Origin: Octopus bimaculoides
Lineage: Eukaryota
Direction: 5' to 3'
Assembly (NCBI RefSeq): GCF_001194135.2
Contig: NC_068994.1
Span: forward strand, 58,915,421 to 58,979,420
Length of the DNA stretch: 64,000 nt
The translations under genes were made by a program, and so were the position numbers. The notes beneath the pieces are model-generated. The model had not been told where the DNA came from and ran no database searches. It saw nothing but the letters and a program-made list of their open reading frames with translations. This document shows, piece by piece, positions 24,800 through 37,400 of the stretch; positions within the stretch are counted from its first letter, which is position 1; each line of letters opens with the position of its first letter.

Positions 24800-25351
24800 T
24801 GTGTTATTATTGGCGAAATGACCCTCCCAGCACACACGATTATACCGCATTCTGTTCAGGAAAGACATACCAGTTTCTCTCATTTTCGGAAAATGATATA
24901 CGACGTAAGTAATTAAATTTTCATCCGATGGCCTTTGGGTTTAGGTGCCTATATCCACGGGACTGATAAAGAAAACGAAACCAGAAATCGCCTTTTAAAC
25001 ACAATTTTTACTTCAGCAGACAATCTCGCTTCTGGAATAAGCTTTCTCCCACATTCTATACACACACACACACAGAGTGCGCAAGATAGATTATCGAAAG
25101 ATATTGAACGACCGTTTGCCTTGTTAAGTGTAACTGTTTAAGCTCCATAAAAATCACATCTTAAAAAGGAAAAAAAAAAACACATTGAGTAATGTAGTCC
25201 AGAGTACACTTTTTCTAAATAAAAAATGTGGTCTAAACTTCTTTCATCCTTATCTACTGTGTCAGAGTTGAATCAACGGCACTGAGCTATTTATTTCAGA
25301 CAGGACAGTTTTTCCTGTGACACCGTCTTAAAGTCTGTACACCGGTAAAAC
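24800..25351 (+). promoter_or_regulatory. Candidate WDR6 5'UTR exon (donor 24905) and UTR part of the ATG exon (acceptor 25299)
   Basis: GAC|GTAAGT at 24905; TTATTTCAG at 25299, 52 nt before the ATG. Confidence 0.45.
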
Positions 25352-25439
25352 ATGGCTGATGTTTTTCCAAAATTGAAAGAAGCTTTTCAGTCGGGACCTG
25401 TAACAGCCCTAAAAATAATAGGAGACACCGTTTTAGCTG
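25352..25439 (+). CDS. WDR6: WDR6 exon c1
   Basis: MADVFPKLKEAFQSGPVTALKIIGDTVLA, then G|GTAGGT. Confidence 0.85.
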
Positions 25440-28400
25440 GTAGGTATTATATCAACTCAACCCTCTTTATCTTCCTTATTTGTTCACATAATTAAACACA
25501 GTCGAAGAACTTTTTGTTTGCAAATATTTTTTCAATTAAGTCCGCTTGTTCGTATATCAACGTGTTGCATACACAAAGTATACACTCGTGGATTTACATG
25601 CATACATGTATACACTCACTGATTACTATGAGGTGCTGAACCGAGCGGCCGAGGTGTAGCACATGCACCCCATCCTTTGCGCTTTTTTTTTTTCTTTCTA
25701 CGGATTCCGACGTTTTTTCCAAGTAATATTTCCTCGTGGCCAGACATGTTTTCGCCCGACAGCCTTCTTTCAGTTTCCGTCTTCCAAATTCACTGATAAG
25801 ATACTTGCCGAAGGTGCCACGGCCTGGAACTGAACCCGAAATCATGTAGTTGAGAAATAAACTTCTTAGCCGTACAGCCACACTTGCACTCTCTCTCTCT
25901 CTCTCTCTCTTTCTCCGCTATATATATATAATTTTTGGATTTGGTTTGCAAGATTCTTTATGTGAGTTCCTGTGTTGAAGCATATTCTGTTGTGTCTGGG
26001 GAGAGTCATTCTCTTTTGGTGCCTTATAATTTAACACACTCACCGGTAAAATTTCCACATTTCTTTTTTATTTTTCTAAAATTTTTGCTGCGTCTTGCAA
26101 CCTTTTCAATAGACTCTCCCCAGTCACAACAGAATATAGTGTGTGTGCGTGTGAGAGAGGCGCGTAGCGTAGTGGTGACCGCGCTTGTAGCTTGCTGATG
26201 CAGTGCTTCGGGATGCCATCTCTAACACTTGTTATACGCCATCTTTCCAACCTGTCGTTCGTTCTTTCACGCATGTCAGTGGGTCTTCCACTGCCATCAG
26301 TGGGACTGTCTCCATGGTAACAACATTACAGTGGACATAAACATCAGAACTGCTCTGCCCCATTGTGGTTGGGAAGCAAACTTTTTACCACATAGCCACC
26401 TTCGTCCTCCTCTGAATCCATAATCAGCAGGTATCTCAAAGGTATGAACATTTCATCCCTTAACCTGTACAATTCACCTGAGTCGGGCAGCAAGGACTGA
26501 ATTAGTCTTTGCTTCTGGAAGGGTTCCATCTTTGGTCTCTTATCAACCATAGTCACCTTGAGCTGGTTTCAGCTGCCCTGCCTGTCTCCTTGGTGGTTTT
26601 CTTTAGCTGTTTGGATTCCAGTCCAATCTTCTGCAGGAAATAGTGCTCTGATCGAGCCAGAAAGCTGCAACAGCCAACATCAATTGGTAATGAGGCTGCG
26701 TACCATCCTTTGACAAGTGTTTTGTAGAACAAGTCCTGATATTTGGTTTTCTTCAGCTGTTGAGAAATATCAAGTCTGTCTTCCCAGGGCTCTGTGAGTC
26801 TAGCCATGATGATTGTTTTGTACTCCTGGAGAACAAGAACCTGTCTGGCCGCAATGATGTTACCACCACCTTTTCTAGGAAGACGAGGTGACCCTTCAGG
26901 TCTATTTGCAACTTCCAGTCTGGATCTGGATGCAAAATAGAAATATACTATACTACCATTTCCAAAATCAAAATAGTTCTAAATTCCTAATATACCTGCT
27001 GCCAAAGGGTTTGGGTAAGAGATTGGGTTCTTGTAAGCTTATTGTGTAGAGTGCTCAGCTTCAACATTTATTAAAGTTAATAAAGTAGAGATGCTTAGTC
27101 TGAAAGTAAATTCTCTTTACTTTCTAGTAACTTCATTCTTTTTTATAATCTTTAGATTTGCTTTTTTGTTTTTCACTGTTGTATTTTTTTGTTTACATTT
27201 ATTTCCTGTCATTATAAATTATGAGTTCCTTCATGTCTGCTGAAGCCATCACCATTAATTCTTTATTGGGTTTTGAATGACTGGTGGGTCCTTGTTGGCA
27301 AGGATCAGTTCATTGTAAAGATGTATGTCAGTGTGTCACCAGGAAATATAACATTCCAAGACTTCACCAGATTTCTTGTGTGTTATGCTTGGTTCCATTT
27401 ATCTAAAAGTTCAACCCTCACTGAGAAACTGTTTAGAAAACCAGCGTGTGTGTGTACCGCTTGATTGGCTTTCGTGCTGGTGGCACGTAAAAGCACCCAC
27501 TACACTCTCAGGGNNNNNNNNNNNNNNNNNNNNNNNNNNNNNNNNNNNNNNNNNNNNNNNNNNNNNNNNNNNNNNNNNNNNNNNNNNNNNNNNNNNNNNN
27601 NNNNNNNNNNNNNNNNNNNNNNNNNNNNNNNNNNNNNNNNNNNNNNNNNNNNNNNNNNNNNNNNNNNNNNNNNNNNNNNNNNNNNNNNNNNNNNNNNNNN
27701 NNNNNNNNNNNNNNNNNNNNNNNNCACTAGAAATAGCAGCTGAGATCTACATCTGTCTACAACTGTCTGAGAGAAAGAGAAAAGAACACATGATAATCGT
27801 CATCATTATACCTCTGCTTTCCATGCTGGCATGGGTTGGACAGTTTGACTGGAACTGGCAAGCCAGAGAGTTGCACCAAGCCCCAGTTGTCCTCCAATTG
27901 TTTTTAACTTTCTCTTTTGCTCCACTCCAGGTATTGGTTGTTATTTACACATCTATGACTTGATCACAACTCGCAGACTACAATCTACCAAAGTTTTACC
28001 TCATCATAACATTCATGGCATTGAAAAAGGTAAGCTCTTGTATTTTTGTGGTTTTCTTTTTATATTTTTCGAATGTTCCTGTTTCTTCCTTGAATTGTTT
28101 ATTTATCGCTGATGTGGTTTGTGTCATTGCTGTTAATGTTAGGCCAGCCCTAATTGATTAGAACTCTTAACCAAAACCCTAACCCCATGTGACCATACTG
28201 TCTTTTACTCACTCCTCCTCTCCCCACTGCTCCACTCTAAACCACTTCTACTCCCTAATCACTCCTCCTCCACCACCACCACTGCTCTGACCAAACTACT
28301 TCTCCCACTTCCAATTTCAGACCACACCACGACCACCCCCACAGAAGGTTTCCTCTGCATTTATGGTGAGAAGATACTCAATATTGTTTCCTATTCTGGC

Positions 28401-31400
28401 AAAAGGTAAATATTTTTGTTTTTTCTGCTGTTATTTATTCTCTGTGAAAACGTTAGACTGGGTCCAGTACGGTCTGGGTGGCGGGAACCATTGCTTGTCA
28501 TGAATAATGATGATGATGTTATTAATGGTAGCAGTGATGGTGGTGGTGTGGATGTGGGGTATTTGTTGAGGGTGGTGGTGGTGGTGGTGGTGTGGTAATG
28601 GTATTTGTTATGGTGCTGTGGATGGTGATGATGATGATAGTGATGCTGAGGATGGTGGAAGTAGTGGGGTTGTTGTTATGTAATCATCTCGTCTCGTGAG
28701 CTCTGATCAAATCCATTCCAGCCATGACCACCCTGTCCTTTTGTGTTATTACCCGCTTTACATTGTCCAATGTTTTTTGTTTTTTTCTTATTTTGCAAAG
28801 TGAGTGACGAATGAATTGAGAGAGATTTGGTTGCTATGTCTACTGGGTTGATCAAACAAGTAGAAGACCCCATATTGAGATGATAATGTCTCAGATGATG
28901 ATGACGGTGGTGATGGAAGTATTTACCAATTCTCCTGTGTGTGTCCCCCCCCCCCACTTCCATTAAATTTACTGAACATTTTCTTTTAACAGAATCACAG
29001 AGGAACACAAAAGTCGAGAATTTCAGGATTGGATCTGGGATGTTCGATGGCTGACAAATGTNNNNNNNNNNTCGATGGCTGACAAATGTATGAGGAACAT
29101 TATTAACTTTTAACCCCATCATTTGATGTACACACCCAACACATAATTTTTAATTTAATAATTGAATAATGATTATCTGATTTTTAATTTAATAATTGAA
29201 TGATAATTATCTAATGTTTAATTGAATAATAATTATCTAAATACTCTGAAATTAATTTCTATAAATATATCTTTACAGTTTTCGAAATTGTTATTTTGCT
29301 TCTATGTTTTATAGCCTCTATCTCCATCTTGTTTCCAGACTGACCAATGTCCAAACAGGAATCTTGCCATTACATTGGGCCACAATGTCATTGTTCAATG
29401 GAATTGGACGGCTGACCAACTGCTTAATTATGTTCACTGTCAGGAACAATGTATTCTGTATCCTTTCATTGCTTCTCTCTCTCTCTCTTCTGACTGTACC
29501 CACTCACCCTTAGTAATGTCATCATCATAAACCCAATTACAATGACATCACATCTCTCTCAACCTTCTCTCCTTCAAATTACACCCGACCGGGGCTGACC
29601 TGGGGTTAAACAACATCTCTGCAATCTTTAACTCGTTAACCAGATACTCTGCACATTTTATTGGAGTCAGTTGGAACCAGCTCCTGTTAGCTTCTGGTAC
29701 GGTGTTCAACCAGGTTGTAGTGTGGTCACCTGTGGTCAACACCACAGGTGACCACTCTGGTCAAACCTTCAGTAAACCATTGCAATACTTCACAGGACAT
29801 CAGGTGAGTTGGTTCTTTTGCTTCGAACTTCCACTTCCTCCTCCTCACCCTGCCTACCACTACTCTCTCCACTCTACATCTCTGCCTTCCACCTTACTCT
29901 AGACTTGTTTTCTTCACATTTTCTCTACTTCCCCCCCTCTCTTTCTCTCTCTCTCCTTCCTTCCTTCCCTCACCCCACACATATACCAAAGTACTTGTTT
30001 GCTGAATGGTGTTCTATGCAATATTAAACCCTGATAGAATCAAATTAGTCTCGTCTTCCTTGTTAATTACACTATTTCAGTCATTTTACCCTCTGGCCCC
30101 TTTTATTGGTATCTGTCATATTCGATAATATTCTTGGAACTTGGAACCAAACCAATTAATAAATCCATGGAGTTTGGTTGTTCTTTTAGAGTTGACCATA
30201 GCAAGACCATTCTCCAACATGTGGTGTTGCCCACTTGTTCTGCTTGAGCCAGTGTTTATTACCTGACCCAAGGATTGAACTTTTGTCCTCTCACTAAGCT
30301 CCTACATTTAATGCTTGACACTTTATCAATACTTATATTCACTTTGCCGATCATACTCCTAGTATGACTCATCCAGATATTGTTGCTTTCTATTTCTATT
30401 CATATCCAATGTTATTCAGTCGAAGGTTGATTTTTTTTTTTTTTTTGTTTTTCCAGTCATGAATCTCAAATGGTCCCTTTTTCTAACGATTTCACCCTCT
30501 CCCTAGAGATATTCAAACGTATAGAGAACTATTCCCTTCCCTTTATGAAACTTCAATTTTCTTTATATTTCTTCTATTCAGGGAGTGATTTTCTCAATCC
30601 ATTACCATCAGCGCCAACAACTGATGTGCAGTGTTTCGGATGACCGAAGTATCCGAGTATGGAAGCTCACATTCCAAGGGAAGAATGCTCCTGAATCTAT
30701 TTGGCCTGAAGACTGGGCGATGGCCACCAGTGAAATTGTCCATGTATTGTATGGTCACTCAGCAAGAGTATGGAGGGCTCGACTGTTGACAACTGGAATC
30801 ATAAGTATTGGAGAAGTACGTTGTTTTGTCTAGCTTTACTGAGCTGTTCTTAAGCAAGGGCCTATAACTCTATCTGACTAGATTTCAGGATGCTGGGCCT
30901 CGCATGCATGATATCAGAACACCCAGGTCAGTAATGATAACTGTAAAGCAAACCTTCAAATCCATAGCAACATTAAAAACAAACCATGAATGTATGTGTG
31001 TGTGTGTGTGTATGTATATATATATATATATATATATTCCCTAAGCAGATGCTATACGGGGAACTTGTGAATGGAAAGAGACCCTAGCAGAATCTAAGGC
31101 TGCAATTTAAGGACTGTGTCAAGTCCTCATTAAAGGCCTGTGATATGCAGGAGACTGACTGGAAGAGCAATGCCTGCCATCACCACAGATGGAAGAAGCA
31201 GGTTAAGGAGGGGGTCGACACCTTTGAGAGAGCACGTATTCTTCATGAAGAACTTAAGCGTGCTGCTCGAAAGTGCATGGCTCGTATAGTGAATGGGGAA
31301 AGCTTGGTTTGCAATGTTTGCAGTTATGTATGCTTGTCAAGAGCAGGGCTCATTAATCACCAACGGAGCCGCAAATGCAAATTATAAGCTAGTCCTAGAG

Positions 31401-34400
31401 CGCGCAATGTTTCTAAAGGTCAGCAATGGTCTTCCTCGGTCACGAGTGGACGGCCATCATATATATTCCAAAAATTTAAAAACATAACAAACGAAAAACT
31501 TGTAGCTAATTCCTCATCAGTCAACGTCCAAAAGATCCTAACAATTTCGTGCCTTTAACAATGATATTGTTCACTTTTGGTGGTGAGAAACCACTGGGAA
31601 TAGCTAATGACATACAGGACAGTGGTAGAAACAAACATGACAACATAAAATAATTATACATACACAACAAAAAAAAAAAAGGCTGTGTGGCCACAAGATG
31701 GACAAATATGGGGTAATACAAAGGACAATGAAAGTGTCCTATACGATGGAAACAAGAAAGGGACAAATAGAACGAAAGATGAAGAAAACAAATGGTGTAG
31801 AAAATCTGATGGAGCCAATGGTGAAGTGATGGCTGTCTTGGTCTAGTTTCTCTCTGCTCCTTTTTTTTTTTCTACATCATTTGTTTTCTTCATCTTTCAT
31901 TCTGACTTTCTATTTGTCCCGTTTTCATTTCCATCCTACATTTTCATTGGTCTTTGCATTAGCCCATATCTGCCCATCTTGTGGCCGCACAGCTTTTTTC
32001 CATCACATGATTATTGTTTGTTTTTGCTGTTGTCCTTATACATCATTACCCATTCCCAGTGGCTTCTCACAACTGGCGCCAGTAGTAAGAAACCACTGTT
32101 CTTTAACAACAGTAGTATTGACAGAACTAAATTGATTTTGCAAAATTCTCTTTAATAGTGCTGTTTCATTTCTGTCCTCTTTTCCCAGGATGCAGTTTGT
32201 TGTATTTGGAATGCAGAAGGTCAAATAATTCAAAAATTCAAAGGTCATAAGGTGGGTCAAAGGTCACATAGATGACATCCTCAAGACTTCAGCTTGGTCT
32301 CTTCTATTCTTTGATTTTCTTCTGTTTTCTGTCCTTTCATACAACCATCTCTAACACTTCATGCTATAACCCTAACCTCCTACCACCACCACCACCACTT
32401 CACACTCCATAATGTTATTACCATCATTGTCACTTCTGCTACCACCACCACCACCAGCACTTTATTGGTTGGATTAGGTGTGATTTGAAGGATAATATAA
32501 TATTATATTAATAATAATATAGCCACCCTATTACTTTTTTTTTAGAGATATTGTTGCTTTCTGTATGTGTCTATTATACATTTACATGTGTATGTCTGTA
32601 TAATGTGTGTAGATGTTGTATTTCAGGGCAAGAGTATCTGGAGCCTGGCCATAAATGAAGAAGAAACTATTGCAGTGAGTAAACCCTTCTTATTAAGGGT
32701 TTAGTTAGGAGGAGGACGGGGACAGTGCCTACAGTCTTCGAGACCCTCCTGCACTAAACAAATTGCTATGGGACATGGTCAATAAGAACATTTCTCTATC
32801 AAAATATGTGGGAGAAATTTATGTTGGTCAGTGGAGAATTCCAAAAACTTCACAATCATGGAATGGAAATGGTTAAGGTGTCTGGGGAAGGGTTGATGAG
32901 TTGTGAGGGAAACAGTACGGTATGGGGGGGGACCATACCATGCGGCAGGTACAGTCCACTTAGCTGTAAATAGGCACCATATGGTAAAACTGTTTCATCG
33001 GCAGGAAAAGGGCTGATGGATGTTGGTAGGAAGGAAAGGAATTTCAGTGGGTGACAATTCTAGGCAGGATGGAGTGGAATATTTAGTATTGGATCTGGAG
33101 AGGGGAGGGGGATCCAATGTAGTCTTCAGTTTTTAAGGTAGTTTGAGCAAGAGATTTGGCTGTTGTTTCTAGCAAGTTGAATGATCACATAGAGGATCCC
33201 TGTTGGTGTCATTTCTTCTGAGATAATAACAATATTAATGTATGTCATGTTGGATTCCATTCCCAGGTAACAGGTGGAGGTGATTGCAGCATTCGGGTTT
33301 GGAACATTGGAAATGTGGAAGAAAATTGTAAAACTATTAGCAAGACACACCTGAAATTGGACAAGTCTATCTTGGTAATGTGATTTTTATGATTTATACA
33401 TACATATCTACTTGCCTGTCTGCCTCATTTTTATGCCTGTTTTTTTGGGGTTATTTTTCATACTGGACAAAATATTGTGAGGTAGGGTTCTGCAGCCTGA
33501 TGCCTTCTTGTCATCAGTCCGTACTCGTTTCCCAGAAAGAATGAGCTTCCATACAGTTTCCATCTGCCAAGGTCTGTGGAAGGAGTCATTTGCCACATGG
33601 CAGGAACAACTCCAAAACCATGGGATTGCAGAAGTAAACTTCTTAACCATTTAGAATTCAGATTCCTCTGTCAAATGTAAAGCTTATTTATTCATATTGC
33701 TTTGAATCAATCATGGCTAATCTCGTAATTTAGAGATTTTTGAAGATGTAATTGTTTATTTTTAGAATGACATTGCAGAGTATGTGTGAAAAGCCAGATC
33801 TGGCCAGTTTAAATGCTAAAGAGTTAAACACACTGCCATACCTATGCCTATCACACACACTCACACACACAGATATTTGTCTCTTTCTCTCATACACACA
33901 CACACACACATATCACACACAGATAGATAAATACTATAGAGTGCTGAAAAGTTCCTGGCTTTGGGAAAAAGAAAATGCAAGAGGATCAGTTAATTATGAT
34001 TTTATTCAATATATTCCCCTCTCAGATTCACACACTTTTTGCAACGGTCCTTCAGTTTTTCTAAGCCTTGTAAAAGAACTCTGAATGTTGGGCCTCCAAC
34101 CAGGCCTTTCACGATACCCTTAAAGCCAGGATCTTTTCAGCATATATATATATGTGTACAGGTAACCCTAACCACCAATCTTCCAGCACCTCTTTTAATC
34201 CAGAGAAATTACGTGGAGGAACTTGAAACTCCTGTGGCTGCCAGTCTGCTTCACTGCCCCAGCGCAGGTGGCACTGTGTGTCAGTCCAGGAGATTTAAAA
34301 ACTCTAAAAACGGAATTATCATCTTCGAGTAATCAATCGTAGTAGATATGTACAGATATAAGCCATTTGATAATAGGAAAAAGTAAGTCTACCAGGACCT

Positions 34401-37400
34401 TGAAATGTGTTCAAATTCTACCCTGTAACATTACTAGCCAAATAAAAATAGTTGGGTTACAACCGAGATTATACTGGAATGGTTTAAAATTTTCTTATTT
34501 AAACTTCATTCTTCACTTTGTTTTTGCCAGAATGATATGATGTGTTTATACTTCTACAGCCACACACAAGCAACCAAGAAGACTTTCCACGTTCTGTAAC
34601 TTATCTAAACTTCAACACAGTTTTAATCAATGCCAACAGTGGGTAAGTCAACTTGTTACTCTTCTTGTCTTGTTTTTGCTTATTACTTTATTGTTTTTTC
34701 TCAGGAGTGCTGTGTGTGTGTGTGAGAGAGGAAGAGAGTTTAACCAATCAGACATCATTCTTTCAAGCTTTCAAAAGAACTAATAAACGAAGTAATTAGG
34801 AAAGGTATCCAGTTGTGGAAACCATGCCAAAGTAGACATTAGAGCTGGGTGCAGCCCCCTGGCTTCCCAGCTCCAATCAAACCACCTAACCCACAACAGC
34901 ATAATGATGATAATATCTAAAGCCTGAATGAATCAGTGAATCACATATTCTTGTCTCTACCATGGAACATTTCCACCATCTTAATGTGCGAATGGAGACA
35001 TTTACTGACTCCAGAAAGAATGGAAGACAAAGTTAACTGGAATGGGATTTGAACACAGAACATATGATGATGATGTGTGGGTGTGTGTGTGTCAGTGACC
35101 AGCTGAAGTTTGGTCCCTTATCTAAGGATGAGCCCTACAACATTCAATTCAATGTTTTCACTGATGTTTGAACCTATAATCAATAAGATTACATTTTAAC
35201 ATTGTTTTCTCTGTCCTTCTCTATCAACTCTAGCTCCCTCTCTCACTCTTTCTCTCTCTCTCCCTTTAGGTTACTCTTCATGTATTGCCTGTCCCATCTC
35301 AAGTGGAGGGTCATTGGAGGTGATGACACATTTCTCTCTTATTCTTGCTTGGCAGTGTCACATGACACTCAGTCGATTGTGATGGGAAACCTCTATGGTT
35401 CTGTGGTGGTCATCTTACCCACAGGTAAGTATCCTCTTCTCTCTGCCTTCCTCTTTTAAATACTCGGTTTTGGGGTGATGGGTATGGTCTGGAGGTTTGT
35501 AATTTGTGGTGGGGAGTTTCGTCCTTTGAACTTTGGTGTTCCTTAATAATATTGATGGTCACTTCCATGAATTTCAACGTATGAATGTTTCAAGGAAAGG
35601 ATAACAAAAAATTTAAATAAAAGAAGCGACATCCATTTGTGATGGATGCGTTAATGTAATTTGAGTTGAGGGATGGATTTTGCTATGAAGTCACAATGGG
35701 GACATTGAGGATTTTGATTTTGCCTGGGATTGGGCAAATGTGTCTGTTGATTTCAGGATATAATTCTGTTATTGTTCTGTTTCTTGAATTCAAATTGTTT
35801 CGATGCATCATGACACATTTTGTGCTGCCATGCAGATCAATCTTGGCAATGACTTTCCCATCAATCTTATCCTTATACCTAAGGATAGGTCTTCCTTTAC
35901 CTTGGTTTCCCTCCATTTGTTGGCGATACAAAAACCTTTTTGAATGCAGTCATCTTTCATTCAAACAACATGTCCTTCCCATCTGCACTGAATTCTCACA
36001 CCCATCCCATACCAATTGCAAACACTTTTAGAATTGTCAATATCTAAACTTTTACTTTTTATGAAAAAATGCTGTATTTCTGGCCAGAAATAACAGCTAA
36101 ACATTGAAGACAAAACAAGAAGAATCATTGAATTCTGAACAGATTCCAGTGTTGAAGATCTGCCATAATAACGAATCCTCTTCTTTCATCTCTTTCTGTG
36201 TTTTTGACAGGTGACCTAGACCCTAAACAATTGTGTCACTGCAATACCAATTTCCTAACTTCAAAACCAATCCATATCTCAGTTGTTGGAAAGATCTACA
36301 GCATCCATTGGTTGACGGACACCCAGATTTTGGTCTCCGAACACAGTGGCACACTGGTTTGTATTTATGTTTTTTAAAATTCTTTTAAGTTTATTTCTAC
36401 AGTTTTTCTATAAAATTAAGAGCCAACACTGCAAGTTAAGACAATCCATCTATGAATATGTCTATGTAGACAATGTGACCAAAGACAGAACAAAATAGGT
36501 GATGAGTGTAGATGCATATTTCAAGAGTTTGCAGAACTAACACAAAAATAAGGCACAGCATTGACTTGTAAACCTTTAATAAGCTAGTTAGTGTATTAGG
36601 GTTGCAAGTCCAAATATTATATTCTTGCTAGCAATTAAAATTTTTTAAATAAATAAAATTATGAAATTGAAAAATTCAACATGTTTCATTTGAAACAGAG
36701 GAAAAATTCATTTATGCTCTCTAACAGAACGGTCAAGGAAAAAAAGAGGTGAATTTCGATCTGTGAGCCTCAGGCAACCACGATATGAAAGAGGCCTTAG
36801 CACACATCCAGAGACGGTGTCTTGTCAAAAACTTGAACAGAGAGGCCCATCTCTAAATGTCGCTGCCCAAATGAAAAACAAAACTGAAGGAGAACGATGG
36901 GCAGATGACAACTACATTGAAGTCCTATATGCATTCAACACTGTAACACTACACTCAAAATCACAGCAATATTGTTTGGACAGGCTTTTTCTGAAGGGCT
37001 GTTTGTTCAGCATCATCATTGTTTTAATGTCCACTCTTCCATGCTAGTATGGGTTGGATCGAGTTTGCTGAGGCTGATTTTTCAATGGTTGAATGCCTTT
37101 CCTGTCACCAACACTCACCTGTTTCCAAGGAAAATAATATTTTCCCATGGCCAGACATGTTTTTCATGAAAGACTGGAAAACAAAGGACACAGCAGGCAT
37201 GACAGTAACCTTCATTTACAACTACCATACGAACTCAAGACAACTCATTTTTGCCAGCTGAGTGGACTGGAGTGACATAGACCACTGGGAATCGGACTCA
37301 CAACCTAATGATTGTGAGCCGAATCCCCTAACCACAAGCCATGCACCTTTGCATTAGCAATTAGCACATTCATGTCCCTATCTGCCAGGACCTATTAAAA

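Noticed and set aside
29043-29090. Tandem duplication of the end of WDR6 exon c4
   Set aside because: The identical 19-mer lies on both sides of a 10-N gap, so it is an unmerged contig overlap.
31145-31387. Small zinc-finger gene nested in WDR6
   Set aside because: The CCHH knuckle is the C-terminus of an RTE LINE ORF2, with RTE motifs directly upstream.
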